Assembly: GCF_963921235.1 (NCBI RefSeq) | Contig: NC_086097.1 | Location: forward strand, 46,130,001 to 46,194,000 | Source of the DNA: Mobula hypostoma | Lineage: Eukaryota | Length of the DNA: 64,000 nucleotides | Direction of reading: 5' to 3' | In this document: one piece after another, positions 50,415 to 64,000 of the stretch | Layout of the letters: each line of letters opens with the position of its first letter | Numbering within the stretch: the first letter of the stretch is position 1 | The notes under the pieces: model-generated | Seen by the model: the letters and a program-made list of their open reading frames with translations, nothing else | Told to the model about the DNA's origin: nothing | Databases searched by the model: none | Translations under genes and position numbers: made by a program

Positions 50415-53392
50415 CACAGATTTCTGGATCATTGGGACCTCTTCTGGGGCAGGCGTGACCTGTACAAAAAGGACGGGTTACACTTGAATCCAAGGGTGAC
50501 TATTATCCTGGCAGAGAGATTTGCTAAGGCTATTGGGGAGAGTTTAAACTAGAATTACTGGGGGGTGGGAACCAAACTGAAGAGATGGAGGAAGGGTGTT
50601 TGGCTCACAAATAGAGAAAGCTTGTAGGCAGTGTGAGAGGGAGGATAGGCAGGTGATAGAGAAGGGATGCGCTCAGACTGATGGTTTGAGATGTGTCTAT
50701 TTTAATGCAAGAAACATCATGAACAAAGCGGATGAACTTAGAGCATGGATCAGTATTTGGAGCTGTGATGTTGTGGCTATTACAGAGACTTGGATGTCTC
50801 AGGGGCAGGAATGGCTGCTGAATGTGCCAGGCTTTAGGTGTTTCAGAAAGGACAGGGAGAGAGGCAAAAGAGGTGGGGGCATGGCACTGCTGATCAGAGA
50901 TAGTGTCATGGCTGCAGAAAAGGAGGAAGTCACGGAGGGATTGTCTTCTGAGTCTCTGTGGGTGGAAGTTAGAAACAGGAAGGGGTCAATAACTCTACTG
51001 GATGTTTTTATAGACCACCCAATAGTAACAGGGTCATCGAGGAGCAGATAGGAAGACAGATTCTGGAAAGGTGTAATAACAACAGGGTTGTCGTGGAGGG
51101 AGATTTTAATTTCCCCAATATCGATTGGCATCTTCCTAGAGCAAGGGGCTTAGATGGGGTGGAGTTTGTTAGGTATGTTCAGGAAAGTTTCCTGACACAA
51201 TATGTAGATAAGCCTACGAGAGGAGAGGCTGTACTTGATCTGGTATTGGGAAATGAACCTGGTCAGGTGTCAGGTCTCTCAGTGGGAGAGCATTTTGGAG
51301 ATAACGATCATAATTCTATCTCCTTTACCACAGCATTGGAGAGGGATAGGAACAGACAAGTTAAGAAAGTGTTTAATTGGAGTAAGGGGGAATATGAAGC
51401 TATCAGACAGGAACTTAGCATAAATTGGGAACAGATGTTCTCAGGGAAATGTACGGCAGAAATGTGGCATATGTTTAGGGATATTTGCGTGACGTTCTGC
51501 ATAGGTACGTTCCAATGAGACAGGGAAAGGATGGTAGGGTACAGGAACTGTGGCGTACTAAGGCTGTTGAAAATCTAGTCAAGAAGAAAAGAAAAGCTTA
51601 CAAAATGTTCAAAAATCTAGGTAAGGATAGAGATCTAGAAAATTATAAGGCTAGCAGGAGGGAGCTTAAGAATGAAATTAGGAAAGTCAGAAGGGGCCAT
51701 GAGAAGGCCTTGGTGAGCAGGATTAAGGAAAACCCAAGGCATTCTACGAGTATGCAAAGAGCAGGAGGATAAGATGTGAGAGAATAGGACCAATCAGGTG
51801 TGAAAGTGGAAAAATGTGTATGGAACCGGAGGAGATAGCAGATATGCTTAATGAATACTTTGCCTCGGTATTCACTACGGCAAAGGACCTTGGCGACTGC
51901 AGGGATGACTTACAGTGGACTGAAAAGCTTGTGCACAGACATTAAGAAAGAGGATGTGCTGGAGCTTTTGGAAAGCATCAAGTTGGACAAGTCACCGGGA
52001 CCAGATGACATATACACCAGGCTACTGTGGGAGGTGAGGGAGGAGATTGCTGATCCTCTGGCAATGATCTTTGCATCATCAATGGGGATGGGAGAGGTTC
52101 CGGAGGATTGGAGGGTTGCAGATGTTGTTCCTTTATTCAAGAAAGGGAGTAGAGACAGCCCAGGAAATTATAGTCCAGCGAGTCATACTTCAGCAGTTGG
52201 TAAGTTGATGGAGAAGATCCCGAGAGACAGGATTTATGAACATTTGGAGAGGCGTAATATGATTAGGAATAGTCAGCAAGGCTTTGTCAAAAGTAGGTCG
52301 TGCCTTACAAGCCTGATTGTAAGGGAACCTTGCTTTGTGGATCCAGAATTGGCTTGCCCACAGAAGGCAAAGAGTGGTTGTAGACAGGTCATACTCTGCA
52401 TGGAGGTCAGTGACCAGTGGTGTGCCTCAGGGATCTGTTCTGGGACCCCTTCTCTTCGTGATTTTTATAAATGACCTTTGAGGAAGTGGAGGGATGGGTT
52501 AGTAAATTTGCTGATGACACAAAGGTTGGAGGTGTTGTGGATAGTGTGGAGGGCTGTCAGAGGATACAACGGGACATCGATAGGATGCAAAACTGGGCTG
52601 AGAAGTGGCAGATGAAGTTCAACCCAGATAAGTGTCAGGTAGTTCATTTTGGTAGGTAAAATATGACGGCAGAATATAATATTAATGGTAAGACTCTTGG
52701 CAATGTGGAGGATCAGAGGGATCTTGGGGTCCGAGTCCATAGGACACTCAAAGCTGCTGCGCAGGTTGACTGTGTGGTTAAGAAGGCGTACGGTGTATTG
52801 GCCTTCATCAATCATGGAATTGAATTTAGGAGCCGAGAGGTAATGTTGCAGCTATATAGGACCCTGGTCAGACTCCAACTAGAGTACTGTGCTCAGTTCT
52901 GGTTGCCTCACTACAGGAAGGATGTGGAAGCCATAGAAAGAGTGCAGAGGAGAGTTCCAAGGATGTTGCCTGGATTGGGGAGCATCCCCTTTGAGAACAG
53001 GTTGAGTGAACTTGGCCTTTTCTCCTTGCAGCGGCAGAGGATGAGAGGTGACCAGATAGAGGTGTATAAGATGATGAGAGGCATTGACTGTCTGTATAGT
53101 CAGGCTTTTTCCCAGGGCTGAAATGGCTAACACGAGAGGGCACAGTTTTAAGGTGCTTGGAAGTAGGTACAGAGGAGACGTCAGGGATAAGTTGTTTTTC
53201 TTTTTAAGCAGAGTGTGGTGAGTGCATGGAATGGGCTGCCAGCAAAGGTGGTGGAAGTGGATTTGATAGAGTCTTTTAAGAGACTCCTGGATAGGTACAT
53301 GGAGCTTAGAAAAAGAGAGAGCTATGGGTAACCCTAGGTAACTTCTAAAGTAAGTACACGTTCGGCACAGCATCATGCGCCAAAGGGCTAGC
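50415..53392 (+). mobile_element. CR1 LINE (ORF1 end through 3' UTR), frameshifted
   Basis: LRCVYFNARNI, ITETW, GDFNFPNIDW, KSPGPDD, KFADDTKVGG, LEYCAQFW. Confidence 0.9.
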
Positions 53393-54399
53393 ATACAGAC
53401 AGAACAATTGAAGAAACCTTTAAGAATTTTTCCACTTATTTCTAGAGGATGACTGTCCCTGATTTGCTATTTCAGTTATGGGGCCTCAATGAGATCACAT
53501 CTGCATCACTGTTTATATTATTTGTCCCCTTATTTAAAGAAAGACGGTTATACCTTGGAGGCATTTTAGAGGTTACCAGAGAAATGCCTTGAAGGACTGG
53601 TTGTCATTTGAGAAGAGTTTAGAGAGAACAGGCTTGAATTCAATGATGTTTAGAAGATTGAGAGGAGACAAATGAAACATACAAGACTCTCAGCTATCCT
53701 GACAGATGAAATTAAGAACAATGGCTTATAAGAAGCCATCTCTCTCAGGCAGATATAATGCAACTTCTTCTCATTTTGGAATTCTCTTCCTTCTGCTGCT
53801 GTCAAATAGATAATGCACTCAGCACTGTTGGCTGAATACAGTCTTTGGCATTACATTGCCATCAGTAGATGACCACAATGCCTTGGAGCTCGTATTCCAT
53901 GAGCTGTTTTGTTGTCCAAGTTCCTGATTTTGCTGTTTAGCATGGACGTTGTTCCATTTGCAGCTTCAGCACAGTATCACCTTATTTATGGTTGAAGAGT
54001 CTCATGGAATACATTTCTGTTGCTGAACATGATCGTCAGTACCTCATGGATGTCTAGTTAGGAACTTCCAGTTCAATCATGTCTGTCCCAACTAACACAA
54101 TAGGATGGATGATGAGATGACTGTAAAATCAGGATTTTAATCCACCACAGTTGTATGATGGCAACTTTGACAAAAACTGCCATGGAGTAACAGATAGAGG
54201 AAAAGCTGGGGAATCAATGTCCTAGATGTAATGCTAAACAGTTGAGCTACAGAAACAGTTCTTGACCCAAAACATTGACTGTTTATTCCCCTCCAATAGA
54301 TGCCGCCTGACCTGCTGAATTTCTCCAGCATTTTGTGCATGTTACAAAATATTTTCAGCGTTTGCAGAATCTCATGTTTATGATATTATACACCTAAAT

Positions 54400-55680
54400 G
54401 CAAATTGTTCCAGCTGTTACAACAACTGGCACCAACACAACCATATGGAAAACTATTCTGGTATGGCCTGTTTAGAAAAAAAAAATGGATGTCCAATCCA
54501 GCTAATCAATCATCTGGCAGAGATGCAAGGTATCACCAATTGTACCATCAAGTAGCACATACTCCCCCATAACCTGGTCTTTGATGCCCTGTTTGAGTTC
54601 TGCTGGGACCTCTCAGTTCCAGAATTCAAAGCCTCATTATAAGCATGGACCAAAGAGCTGAATTCTGGAGGTCAGGCAAGATTGATGGCCCTTGACATGA
54701 ATACAGTATTTGACTAATTGGGGCATCAGTAAGCACAGGTAAAACTAACGTTGATTTGTAAAGTATAGCAATGCTCAAGTCACACATCACAAATATCAAA
54801 GACTCGGGATATTACTGCCAAAGCTCCTCAAAATACAGTCTAAGAACCAACCTTAGATGGTTCATTAATGACCTTTCTTCTGCCACAATAGAGGGCATGT
54901 TTGCTGATGACTGCACAATATTCAAATCAATTTGCATTTTCTCAGCAATTGAATCAGCCCACATCTGCATGCAGCAAGACCTTGATCCTTGATAACAGTT
55001 ACTTACAGACTGATAGGTGACAAATAGCATTTGAGCTACAAGATTATGAGGCAATGATTGTCTCCTCCTGAACAGATACCCTTGACAGTCTATAACATTA
55101 CCATTGCTGTCTTGGGGGAACCCACTGACCAGAATCTCAAATGCAACCACCTACAAGACTTGGTCAAGGGTTCAGTTGTTTATAACAAATGGAGGCATTT
55201 CCTGACATCCCAAAGATATAGCATCATCAAAAAGGCACATTAGCAATGGATGAGTGCAGCTTCAGCAATATCACGCTACCCAGGATAGAGAAAAGTACTT
55301 GAATAATGTCCCAACCACCATGCCATTAATTCCCTCAACCACCAACACACCATAGCTATAAGTGTATGCTACCCAGAAAATGCTCTCCAATTGTTATTCT
55401 AGATTACTCCAACGTCAGCAGCTCTCAGAACGGCACCCTCTAATAACACAACGGACAGCAGCAACAAGTGCTGTGCACCATCCTGACTATAAATATGTTT
55501 CACTTCTTCACCATCGATATGTCTAAATGCCAGAACTCCCTCTCACAAGCTCTCTGAAAGCACCTTCATGAGCAGTGCAATTGATTAGCAGTCTGACTCA
55601 TTACCACCTTCTGTAGGGCAATCAGAGACAGGCAATAAATTCTCGATTCGCCAGCAATGCCAGGACCCTGAACGATGAAC
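54400..55680 (+). mobile_element. Ancient, highly decayed LINE RT fragment
   Basis: Reads FINDLSSATIEGMFADDCTIF. Related remnants at ~38560-39420 and ~60030-60375. Confidence 0.55.
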
Positions 55681-55907
55681 AGTCCTAAAATAAAATACAC
55701 CTGGAACAGAGACTGGCCAGTTTATCTACTGCATTGATTCACCCTACTGCCTGCTGCAAACCCAGCCTGACAATTGTGTCTTCTGATGTGTGATCAACTC
55801 AATCAGTGGATTCATTACCAGGCAACACATACTGGTGGATGCTGAAAACCAACCCAGATTATATTCTGTTCCTATTCCTACTTCCAGTGTTTCTTCCAAG
55901 TGCTGAT

Positions 55908-56049
55908 AACATAGAAACATAGAAAATAGGTGCAGGAGTAGGCCATTCGGCCCTTCGAGCCTGCACCGCCATTTATTATGATCATGGCTGATCATCCAAC
56001 TCAGAACCCAGCCTTCCCTCCATACCCCCTGACCCCTGTAGCCACAAGG
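55908..56049 (-). mobile_element. CR1 3' tail, same young subfamily as 42079-45290
   Basis: Near-identical reverse complement of ~45146-45290. Confidence 0.85.
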
Positions 56050-56663
56050 CTAACAACAGCTAAGGGAGGATAAGTGGAAATCAGGCCATTTTCCAAACTG
56101 ATTCCATTGGGCTTTATGGAGTATGGAGTAAATGTTGAAGGTTCCTAAGGATACTCTCTCACTACAAAGAGTAGATCCAAACACAGGAGAAGTTACTCTT
56201 TAGAGGTTTCTATTCAAAAGTAATAATTAGAAAATATAATTAGTTTAATGAAAGATCTTTCACTGTCTGATTAGGTAATGTTTTTGTATGTGTTTTTGTT
56301 TTACAGAGTTAGTCACCAAATCAAGCCCATGTTGGTTTTCTGTTACAGTATTATTCAGTCTATCCATCTTGGTCCATTTAGAAAATAAAGCCTGAGAATA
56401 CTCTACATACTTGTATTTTTAAAAATCTTGTTAAATAAATTGAAGTGTAGAATACACAGTCTTCTTGAAGCCCAAATTATTTAATATTAATTCAATTCAA
56501 TGGATAATTATTAGATTTCTTATATAAGAAACTGCTTTGGGAAATTCTAGAGTTAGGCTTCCTATAGATGACAAATTTATACTAAAGTGAGAAAGAACAT
56601 GACTAAACAGAAAATTCCCAAAAAGAAACCCTGAAAAGAACCAGCATAAAAAACTATACATAC

Positions 56664-57260
56664 CACAGGCAACAGGAACTGCAGGCCACATTAATTCTTG
56701 CATACGTGATCTTCTGCCTTGCAAATCTACATATACCCCAATGTGGCTGAAGCAGAGCAAATACTCTTTGCTGCTAATCCGCACAGCACAAAGAGCATCA
56801 AAAGATTGTTGAGAGAGAAATGCAAGTGATGTGTCCATTGGATTTACAAGGTTAATGGAAAGTCCATCTCCCTGGACATTAAGCAGCGAAAATCCAGAAG
56901 GGTAGCCAATGCACAACCTTTCGTCAAATACTGCCATCCATTGCACGTTGCCTGGGGCCTGAATCTCATTGAATTTCTTGTAATAAGGCTTAGTTCGGCT
57001 AGTTTCATAGCACAAGATCTGCCGTTTCACTGCCACAAACAGACAGCTCACAACACTCTGCCGCAAAGATCCAGTAACCATAGTCTGACAGCCTTTTGTT
57101 TCAGCAAGTTTAACATCAAAGGTGGTCTCAGGTCCATCAAAAGCAGCCCATGGATAAAAATGAACATGTTTGTTTCGGCCACAAATAAGGACAATTAGAT
57201 TTTCTTTGGGAATAAGTTCAATCTGGTGGACCTTTTTACAGTCAGCTGCACGTATTATCA
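56664..57260 (-). CDS. CDC42BPB: MRCK-beta large exon (CNH domain)
   Basis: 597 nt inside ORF 56497..57261. Reads [15 protein letters not shown]...[18 protein letters not shown]; gtatgt donor. Confidence 0.96.
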
Positions 57261-57508
57261 CTGCAATCAGAGAAAAATAATTTTATACAGTGTAAGATTT
57301 CCTGCATTCAAAATTCATAATAATGCAAATAAGGTACATTTTAATCATTTGCTGACTCTTTAAACCTTTCTGAATTTAGTAAAATGTTTAGAAAAGTTAA
57401 TTTCTATTATTTGTTTCAAAGTATTACAATACACATTTTTGAAACTGGCAACATTGCTCAGTTACAATTACTGAATTAAAATAGCAAATCAATTATTTAG
57501 TAGCTTAC

Positions 57509-57571
57509 TATCTCGTGTTAGCTCTACTGCATAAAGTCCTTCCTCTGTGCCTAGAGCTATACGCTCACGAT
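57509..57571 (-). CDS. CDC42BPB: MRCK-beta exon (CNH)
   Basis: 63 nt, polypyrimidine acceptor, gtaagc donor. Reads (D)RERIALGTEEGLYAVELTRD. Confidence 0.93.
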
Positions 57572-57679
57572 CTAGGAGGGAAAAAAGAAATTAAGTTTGA
57601 TTGTGCAAAAAGAAACTCTAAAGGTTAGTGTTAGAAATTGTACTTATAATTCAGTAAAAAAAAATGCCAATTAACTTAC

Positions 57680-57896
57680 CTATAACAGCAGCAGATAAGC
57701 TTGTTTTAATAAAAGGCAGTGTACTATCATATGCTTCTTGTGGAGTATATACAACTCTATTTCTAAGTTTATTTTTTTGTAGGATATTCTGCAGCCCTTC
57801 CAAGATTCCAACCCATTTCCTCTTCTCACTCTCACTTTCTGTTAGAATAAGCAATGAACAAGTCCTTGGTGGCGAGGAGAGGAGCATTGTGGTCAC
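57680..57896 (-). CDS. CDC42BPB: MRCK-beta exon (end of PH, start of CNH)
   Basis: 217 nt, gtaagt donor. Reads [72 protein letters not shown]. Confidence 0.95.
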
Positions 57897-58622
57897 CTAT
57901 TGAACAAATTGGAGTTATATTCATCAATAAATTATATTTAAAAGTAATCAATCTTTCTTCCTGTGAACAACATTTGTTTTGATTTTTCCACAAGAACCAA
58001 ATATTGCCGACCATTTACTAATTTAAAAAAGTATCTGTTTTTCACTGTGTGGTGTAATGCAGGATTGTGCCACAGAATTGAGTAGCAATACTTCTAATGG
58101 AACCTCCTACTCTGGGTCCGGATAACTGGAAGGAAGGGTCCAATATACTACAACATAGTGTCTATGAATGAATGGTACAAAATAGTTCTCTCTTCCACAG
58201 TATCCTGCCTTTGCAGAGAAAGTGAGATGGGGAGAGGAATGGGTCTGAGAATAGTGTGGGGTATGAAAGAAAGGATCCACTGGAGTTGAGGGTAAAGAAC
58301 GAATCACATTGGAGGGCCAAGGTATGAACAGGGAAGTGTGGAAGAAGATAACGTGGACAGAGGCCAATGAAAGATATGAATCAGTAATAGAAATCAATGG
58401 GTTGAGATGTTGTGTGGATGATGGGAGGAAGCTTCCTGACAAAGAATAATTTTATTCAAATTAGATTTCATACAGAGTCTGTTATTCCTGAATGGTATGA
58501 AAACAAAATATGGATTAATCGCTTCCAAGCATAACTGAAACTCTCATTTCATGTACTTCTATATGCCAGGACAAATCACAAGAACTGCATATTAAGATTT
58601 ATTTTGAGCGATTAATGCTAAC

Positions 58623-58704
58623 CTTGAAAATGCAAGGAATATCCTTTCTGGTAGCATGAATTACATCGGATGCAAATACTGAACTCACAGAAAAAGCTTC
58701 ATCT
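58623..58704 (-). CDS. CDC42BPB: MRCK-beta exon (PH domain)
   Basis: AG/GT sites, 82 nt. Reads (R)[27 protein letters not shown]. Confidence 0.93.
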
Positions 58705-60964
58705 CTGCAAATTAAAGTTTTACAACATTAATCACATATTATATATATCCCAATGAAATCACGACAATATAAAAATGTAACAGGGAATTCCATATTTTTC
58801 TACAAAATATATACACTCTCGATATGAATTTACCAATCTTCTACAAATAAATATTGTGCCTAACATTTTCCTTGTACATCAAGTCATTTATGGGTCCTTT
58901 GACATTGTAAATAGATGTAAAAATAAAGGTGAATGAAGTATGTTTTTTTACAAATTTATGGATAATCACTGGAAGTTATACAACCTTAATTATTTATAAA
59001 ATACTTCCCAAGACAAAAGTAAAATTACTTCTGACTCAATAAATGATTCTGAGTTCATCTCCAGTTACCCCACTGCAAATTGGTGTTTCTAATAATATTC
59101 CGCTGAGGCTAAACATTTGGGTAGAGAATGCACTGGGTAAAGCAACATGCACTGCATTTGGCATAACCATGTGATGTAAATGGAATGGAGAGAGTTTATA
59201 CTGAGATGCTTAGTTTAATTTGAATTCCACACATTAGGCATCTCCCTCCATCACTGCCACTGCATTTGTTTTGCAGATCCCAAGAACATGCAGCATAAAA
59301 GAAATGTTCTTCCACTCACCAACAATCTATGATGATCAGTAATTGACCCCACTGCCAAAGGAAGCAGTTTTTCTCTTCCTTCATTGCCTATACTTTTTAA
59401 AAGATTATTTCAGATCCACTTAGAGCCTATTTCATTCCAAAACAACCTTAGATTTCTAGTCTATCCACATACCTGAAGTCCCTCATCCTCGGAGTCATTT
59501 TAATACATCTCTCCTGCACTCTCCATAAATAAAAATTACATCCTTCTTGGAATATGGAGCAAGACACCCAGAACTGGACACAATACTCCAGTTGCGATCG
59601 AATTGATGTTTTATAAAAGGTTAATTGTGATTTATTTGCTTTTGTACTCTATGCCTCTTTTTATAAAGCCCAGTGTGTTGTGCTTTAACCACATTTTCAA
59701 CAAGCCCTGCCATTGTCAAACTACGCACATATATCCAAGATCTATCTCTCTATTTATTCCTCTTGGGTATTGTTTCCTCTGGTTTATATTGCCCTTTCTC
59801 ATTCTTTACCTCACACTCAACAGTGCTCACTATCAAATTTCATGTAACACCAACTCATTCATTCCACCAGCCTATAGATAACTCTTTAAAGCTTATTATT
59901 ATCCTCCTCACAATTCACTACATCTCCAAGCTTCATTTGAAATCTGGCCACTTACAGTCAAATCATAACAACCCGTTTGATAGCACCCCCACCCATTCAC
60001 TCACATCACCTCCACGCTCAACAGTTTGAATCTAAAAGATGTAATACAGCAGCTCACCAAACTCCTTTAACAGCACCTTTCACTTCCAGAGCCTCTACCA
60101 GCTAGAAGGACAAGGGCAGCGAAGGCATGCAATACCACCACTTGGAAGTTCACTCCAGGACACACCTTGTCCCATGTTGTAAATATATCATTCCTTCACT
60201 ACCACTGGATTAAAATCCTGGAACTCCCGTCCTTAAAGCAGTATAAGTACACTCACACCTCAAGAATTGTAGTAGGTCAAAAGAGCAGCTCACCACCACC
60301 TTCAAGGACACTTAGGGATGGGCAATGAATGCAGACTCAGCCTGCAAACTCTACATCCCTTGAATGAATTAAAAATAGCCCAGTCATTAAGTGAACTGGT
60401 AATCCTGGTACCAATATCTGGGGAACTCTTGCACACTTCCCTCAGTTGATAAAACCTTTTCCTACTAAGGGAATATTGAAAAGTTCTTTTTCAGATCAGA
60501 ATGATGTCCAGTGTTCACTAAAAGTCAGTACCGTGACTACCACTTTTTAAATATATTTACCAACTACTTAGTCCATTTATACTATATTAGCTTAAGTTCC
60601 CTTATTGATCCTTGTAGCTTTCAAATAAACTTTAGTTATGCATTTTTCTTTCTCAAATCATTCTGCACCTGACTACTATTGATTTTGTTGCTAATTACTG
60701 TTTCTAGAAGGCAATCCATCACCATGATTAAACTGACCCACTTGCAGTTACTGAGTTTATTCCTGGTCCTTATGTGAATGAGTTTATCATTTGCAATTTT
60801 CCACTCAGACATTATTTTTGAATCTATACATTTGAACAATTATAGCCAGGACACCTGCAGTTTCCTCCCCTGAGCAATCTTGGATGCATCTCATCTGGAC
60901 CAGGTGACATACAGTAACTACAGACCAGTCAGTTTAATCCTTGTGGTGGAATTGCAGCTGCAAT

Positions 60965-62900
60965 TTCAGTTGATTGTGAAGTCCACTAGGTTGTATCAGA
61001 TATTGCTGAAGGTCTTCCGGTCACAGTTGACAAAATCAGAGCAGAAATGGCTGCAGATCCAAATATCCGGACCTGCCTCTCGGTTTTTTTGCACTACCTT
61101 ACTTTCCCTTTTCTATTTTCTATTTATGATTTATAATTTAAATGTTTAATATTTACTATTGATTTGTATTCCAGGAAGCACGAAGCGCAGAATCAAATAT
61201 CGCTGTGATGATTGTACGCTCTAGTATCAATTGTTTGGTGACAATGAAGTATAAAGTATAGATCCTCTTCTTCAGCACATCTCCAGATACCTTGATGGAT
61301 GGCCAGTCAAAGTTGAGGAAGATGTTGTACCCTTCTACTGACATCATACATCACACTCAACTGTGGACTCCTGCCTCATATTTGAGAGCAGAATTGTGAT
61401 TGCACAAACACTTTGACCAAAAGTACTGAAACAATTCCACTATGGTCACCTGGGCATTATTCGAATGAAAGCCCTGACAAGATTCTTTGTGTACTGACCG
61501 GGCACAGAGAAAGCTATCACATTTATGTGCAAGCACCATTCTCAAGGCTCTGTGGCAGCAAAGAATCCAAGTAGAGTCAACCCACAACCAGGACCTCAGG
61601 CTACCAGATCTTGGAGTCAAGCACATATTGTCTTCGCTGGCCCAATCAATGGGTGTACCTACCTTGTCCTGGTTGATACCTATTCCAAATAGCCAGAAGT
61701 ATTACCTATGAAGTCAATAATGACAGAGACTACCATTCAACTGATGCTACAGATCTTGAGCCGCCTTAGAATGCCAGAAATGCACGTTTCTGACAACTAC
61801 ACTCAATTCAGTTCACAGTTTGCTGCATTCTGCCAGGACAGTGGAAATATCCACATCAGCTCAACTCAAAGTGTCTACAGTCCAAAGGCCGAGTAAAGAG
61901 GTTTGTGGATACCTTCAAATGGTGACTTCTGAAGTCAAGAGGGGAAGGAGCATCATCCAAGTCTCTCAACACGTTTCTGCTGCCATTTCAAATTACACTG
62001 CATGTACACCCATGATAGTGTAGCCAAGTTTCCATCAAACTCAATATATAAGTTTGCTGATGACACAATTGTAGGCCGTATCTCGGGTAATGATGAGTTT
62101 GAGTACAGAGAGGAAATTAAGAACCTGGTGGCATGGTGCGAAGACAATAACCTATCTCTCAACTACCTTACTTTTTGCACTACCTTACTTCCCATTTATC
62201 TATTTTCTATTTATGATTTATAATTTAGATTTTTAATATTTACTAATTTAACTATTTTTAATATCTTTAATATTTAATATTTGTAATCCACGGAGTGTGA
62301 AGCGCAGAATCAAATATCACTGTGATGATTGTACATTCTAGTACCAATTGTTTGGTGACAATAAAGTATAAAGTACCCAGGTCTCAGCTGAAGCACTTTC
62401 AGGAAGAAAACTGTGCCCAGTGTTGGACACAATGTTGACAGTGTCCAATATCCAAGACAGCAGATAGTCAGGTGCACAAAGGCAGGCACACAGATCTTGG
62501 TCGACAGGTGAAATTATTCAAGCCCAGAAGTGCAGTGTGGGCCAGACAAAATCACAATGATCCCTTTGTAACAGATTGCCAAACGGATGGGGAAGTGATC
62601 TATGAAGTAACCGTGGATGGTCATCACTGGCGATGTCACATCAAGCAGTTGCGGACATGTGCTCCCGAAGGCACAAGTTTGTTGGGCAGATCATCAAACA
62701 CAAAGCTGAACCTTCATTTCCTCCTGGAAGGGTTTTATTTACCCTGACTGAACCAACCACCAGTGCCAGCACAGCCGCAAGCAACATCATGACAAGGAAG
62801 TGACAGCTTTTTTCAAATCATGCAGGCAATTAAAGTGAACAACATTCCGAACCAAAACGGAGTCCTCGGATCTAAACCCAGAGCAGCCCAGAGTAGGCCC
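60965..62900 (+). mobile_element. Decayed Gypsy (Ty3) LTR-retrotransposon integrase region, interrupted by two LINE tail insertions
   Basis: Reads LPVTVDKIRAEMAADP / LLQHISRYLDGWP...HYGHLGIIRMKALTRFFVY*PG...FAGPINGCTYLVLVDTYSK*PEV...VSDNYTQFSS. Insertions at ~61061-61259 (TSD agatcc) and ~62000-62373. Confidence 0.8.
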
Positions 62901-63039
62901 AAAGCCCGGCTTATCAGTTCATATTAGCAGGCATGGAGCACAGCTGATGCAGCAGTCTTTATAGCCTCAGCGCCATGGAGAGAGGAGTGACCACTGTGAA
63001 GAACTTGCAGAATCAGCTCTTGCTCCAGATCCTGATACC

Positions 63040-64000
63040 CTGTCTCTTGTATACCTCTATCAAATCTTTCCTCATTCTTCTATGCTTTCGGGAATAAAGT
63101 CCTAACGTATTAACCTTTCCCTTTAACTCAGGTTAAGTCCTGGTGATATCCTTGCAAATTGTCTCTGCATTCTTTCAATTTTATTGATATATTTCCTGTA
63201 GGTACACAATACTCCAAAATAGGCCTCACCAATGTCTTATACAACTTTAACATCCCAACTCCTGTACTCAGTACCTTGATTTATGAAGACTAATATGCCA
63301 AAAGCTTTCTTTACGACCGTAACTAACTGTGACTCCACTTTCAATTAATTATGAGCCTGTATTCCCAGATCCCTTCGTTCCACTGCACGCCTCAGTGCCC
63401 TACTGCTCACTGTGCAAGACCTATCATGGTTGGTCCTTCCAAATGCAACATCTCACACTTATCTGCATTAAATTCCATCTGTGATTTTTCAGCCCATTTT
63501 TCCTGCGGGTCCAGATCCCGCTGCAAGTTTGCTGTCCACTACACCATCAACCTTGGTGTCATCCATAAATTTGCTGATCGGGTTCAGCACATTATCATCC
63601 ACATTGTTGATATGTTGTGGATGACAAACAAAAGACCCAGCACTGATCCCTGCAGCGTACCACTAGTCATAGGCCTCCAGTTACAGAGGCAACCAATTAC
63701 AATACTCTCTGGCTTCTCTTGCAAAGCCAATGCCTAATCTAATTTACGACCTCATCTTGAATGCCAAGTGACTGAACTTTCTTGACCAATGTCCCATGCG
63801 GGGTCTTGTCAAAAGCATTGCTAAAGTCCATGTAGACAACATCCACTGCCTTGCCTTCAACTTTCCTGGAAACTTCACTGAAAAACTCAGTATGATTGAT
63901 TAGATACTACCTACCAGGCACAAAAGACACAATCTCTAATCAGTCCCTGTCTATCCAAATTTTTATATAGCTGGTCTTTAAGAATACCTTTGAATAACTT
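63040..64000 (-). mobile_element. Degraded CR1 RT fragment
   Basis: Minus strand carries VYMDFSNAFDK, QGSVLG, EKWAEKSQMEFNADKCE and RPILEYC-like segments. Confidence 0.8.

Noticed and set aside
56497..56663. Hydrophobic C-terminal extension of the 254-aa ORF suggesting a membrane-anchored MRCK
   Set aside because: It is read-through past the canonical donor (tg|gtatgt) into T-rich intron; homology continues in the exon at 49790.

Overview
Vertebrate genomic DNA, probably from a cartilaginous fish such as a ray; this is inferred from the repeat families and protein divergence and is not proven. Two convergent spliced genes are present. The 3' half of AMN (amnionless) is on + as six exons at 244-19249, covering the VWC domain, transmembrane helix and cytoplasmic tail. 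The 3' part of CDC42BPB (MRCK-beta) is on - as eleven exons at 58704-37984, covering the end of the PH domain, CNH, CRIB and C-terminus. This is the same tail-to-tail AMN/CDC42BPB order as in human. Much of the remainder is transposon-derived: nested CR1 LINEs (one with a near-intact ORF2), Penelope-like GIY-YIG elements with inverted repeats and hammerhead ribozyme motifs, Rex-Babar LINE fragments, a decayed Gypsy integrase, a Tc1 fragment, SINEs and MITEs. Main observations: (1) an in-phase U-UUA-AAC slippery heptamer at the CR1 ORF1/ORF2 junction in three diverged copies, with no usable ORF2 AUG in the best copy, suggesting -1 ribosomal frameshifting; (2) a second CRIB-like exon in CDC42BPB; (3) a ~580-bp-arm inverted repeat carrying hammerhead motifs in an AMN intron; (4) apparent loss of the second endocytic motif of AMN and a candidate extra cytoplasmic exon; (5) a possible unannotated spliced transcript between the two genes. 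Exon boundaries were read by hand from splice sites and reading phase. Repeat boundaries are approximate.
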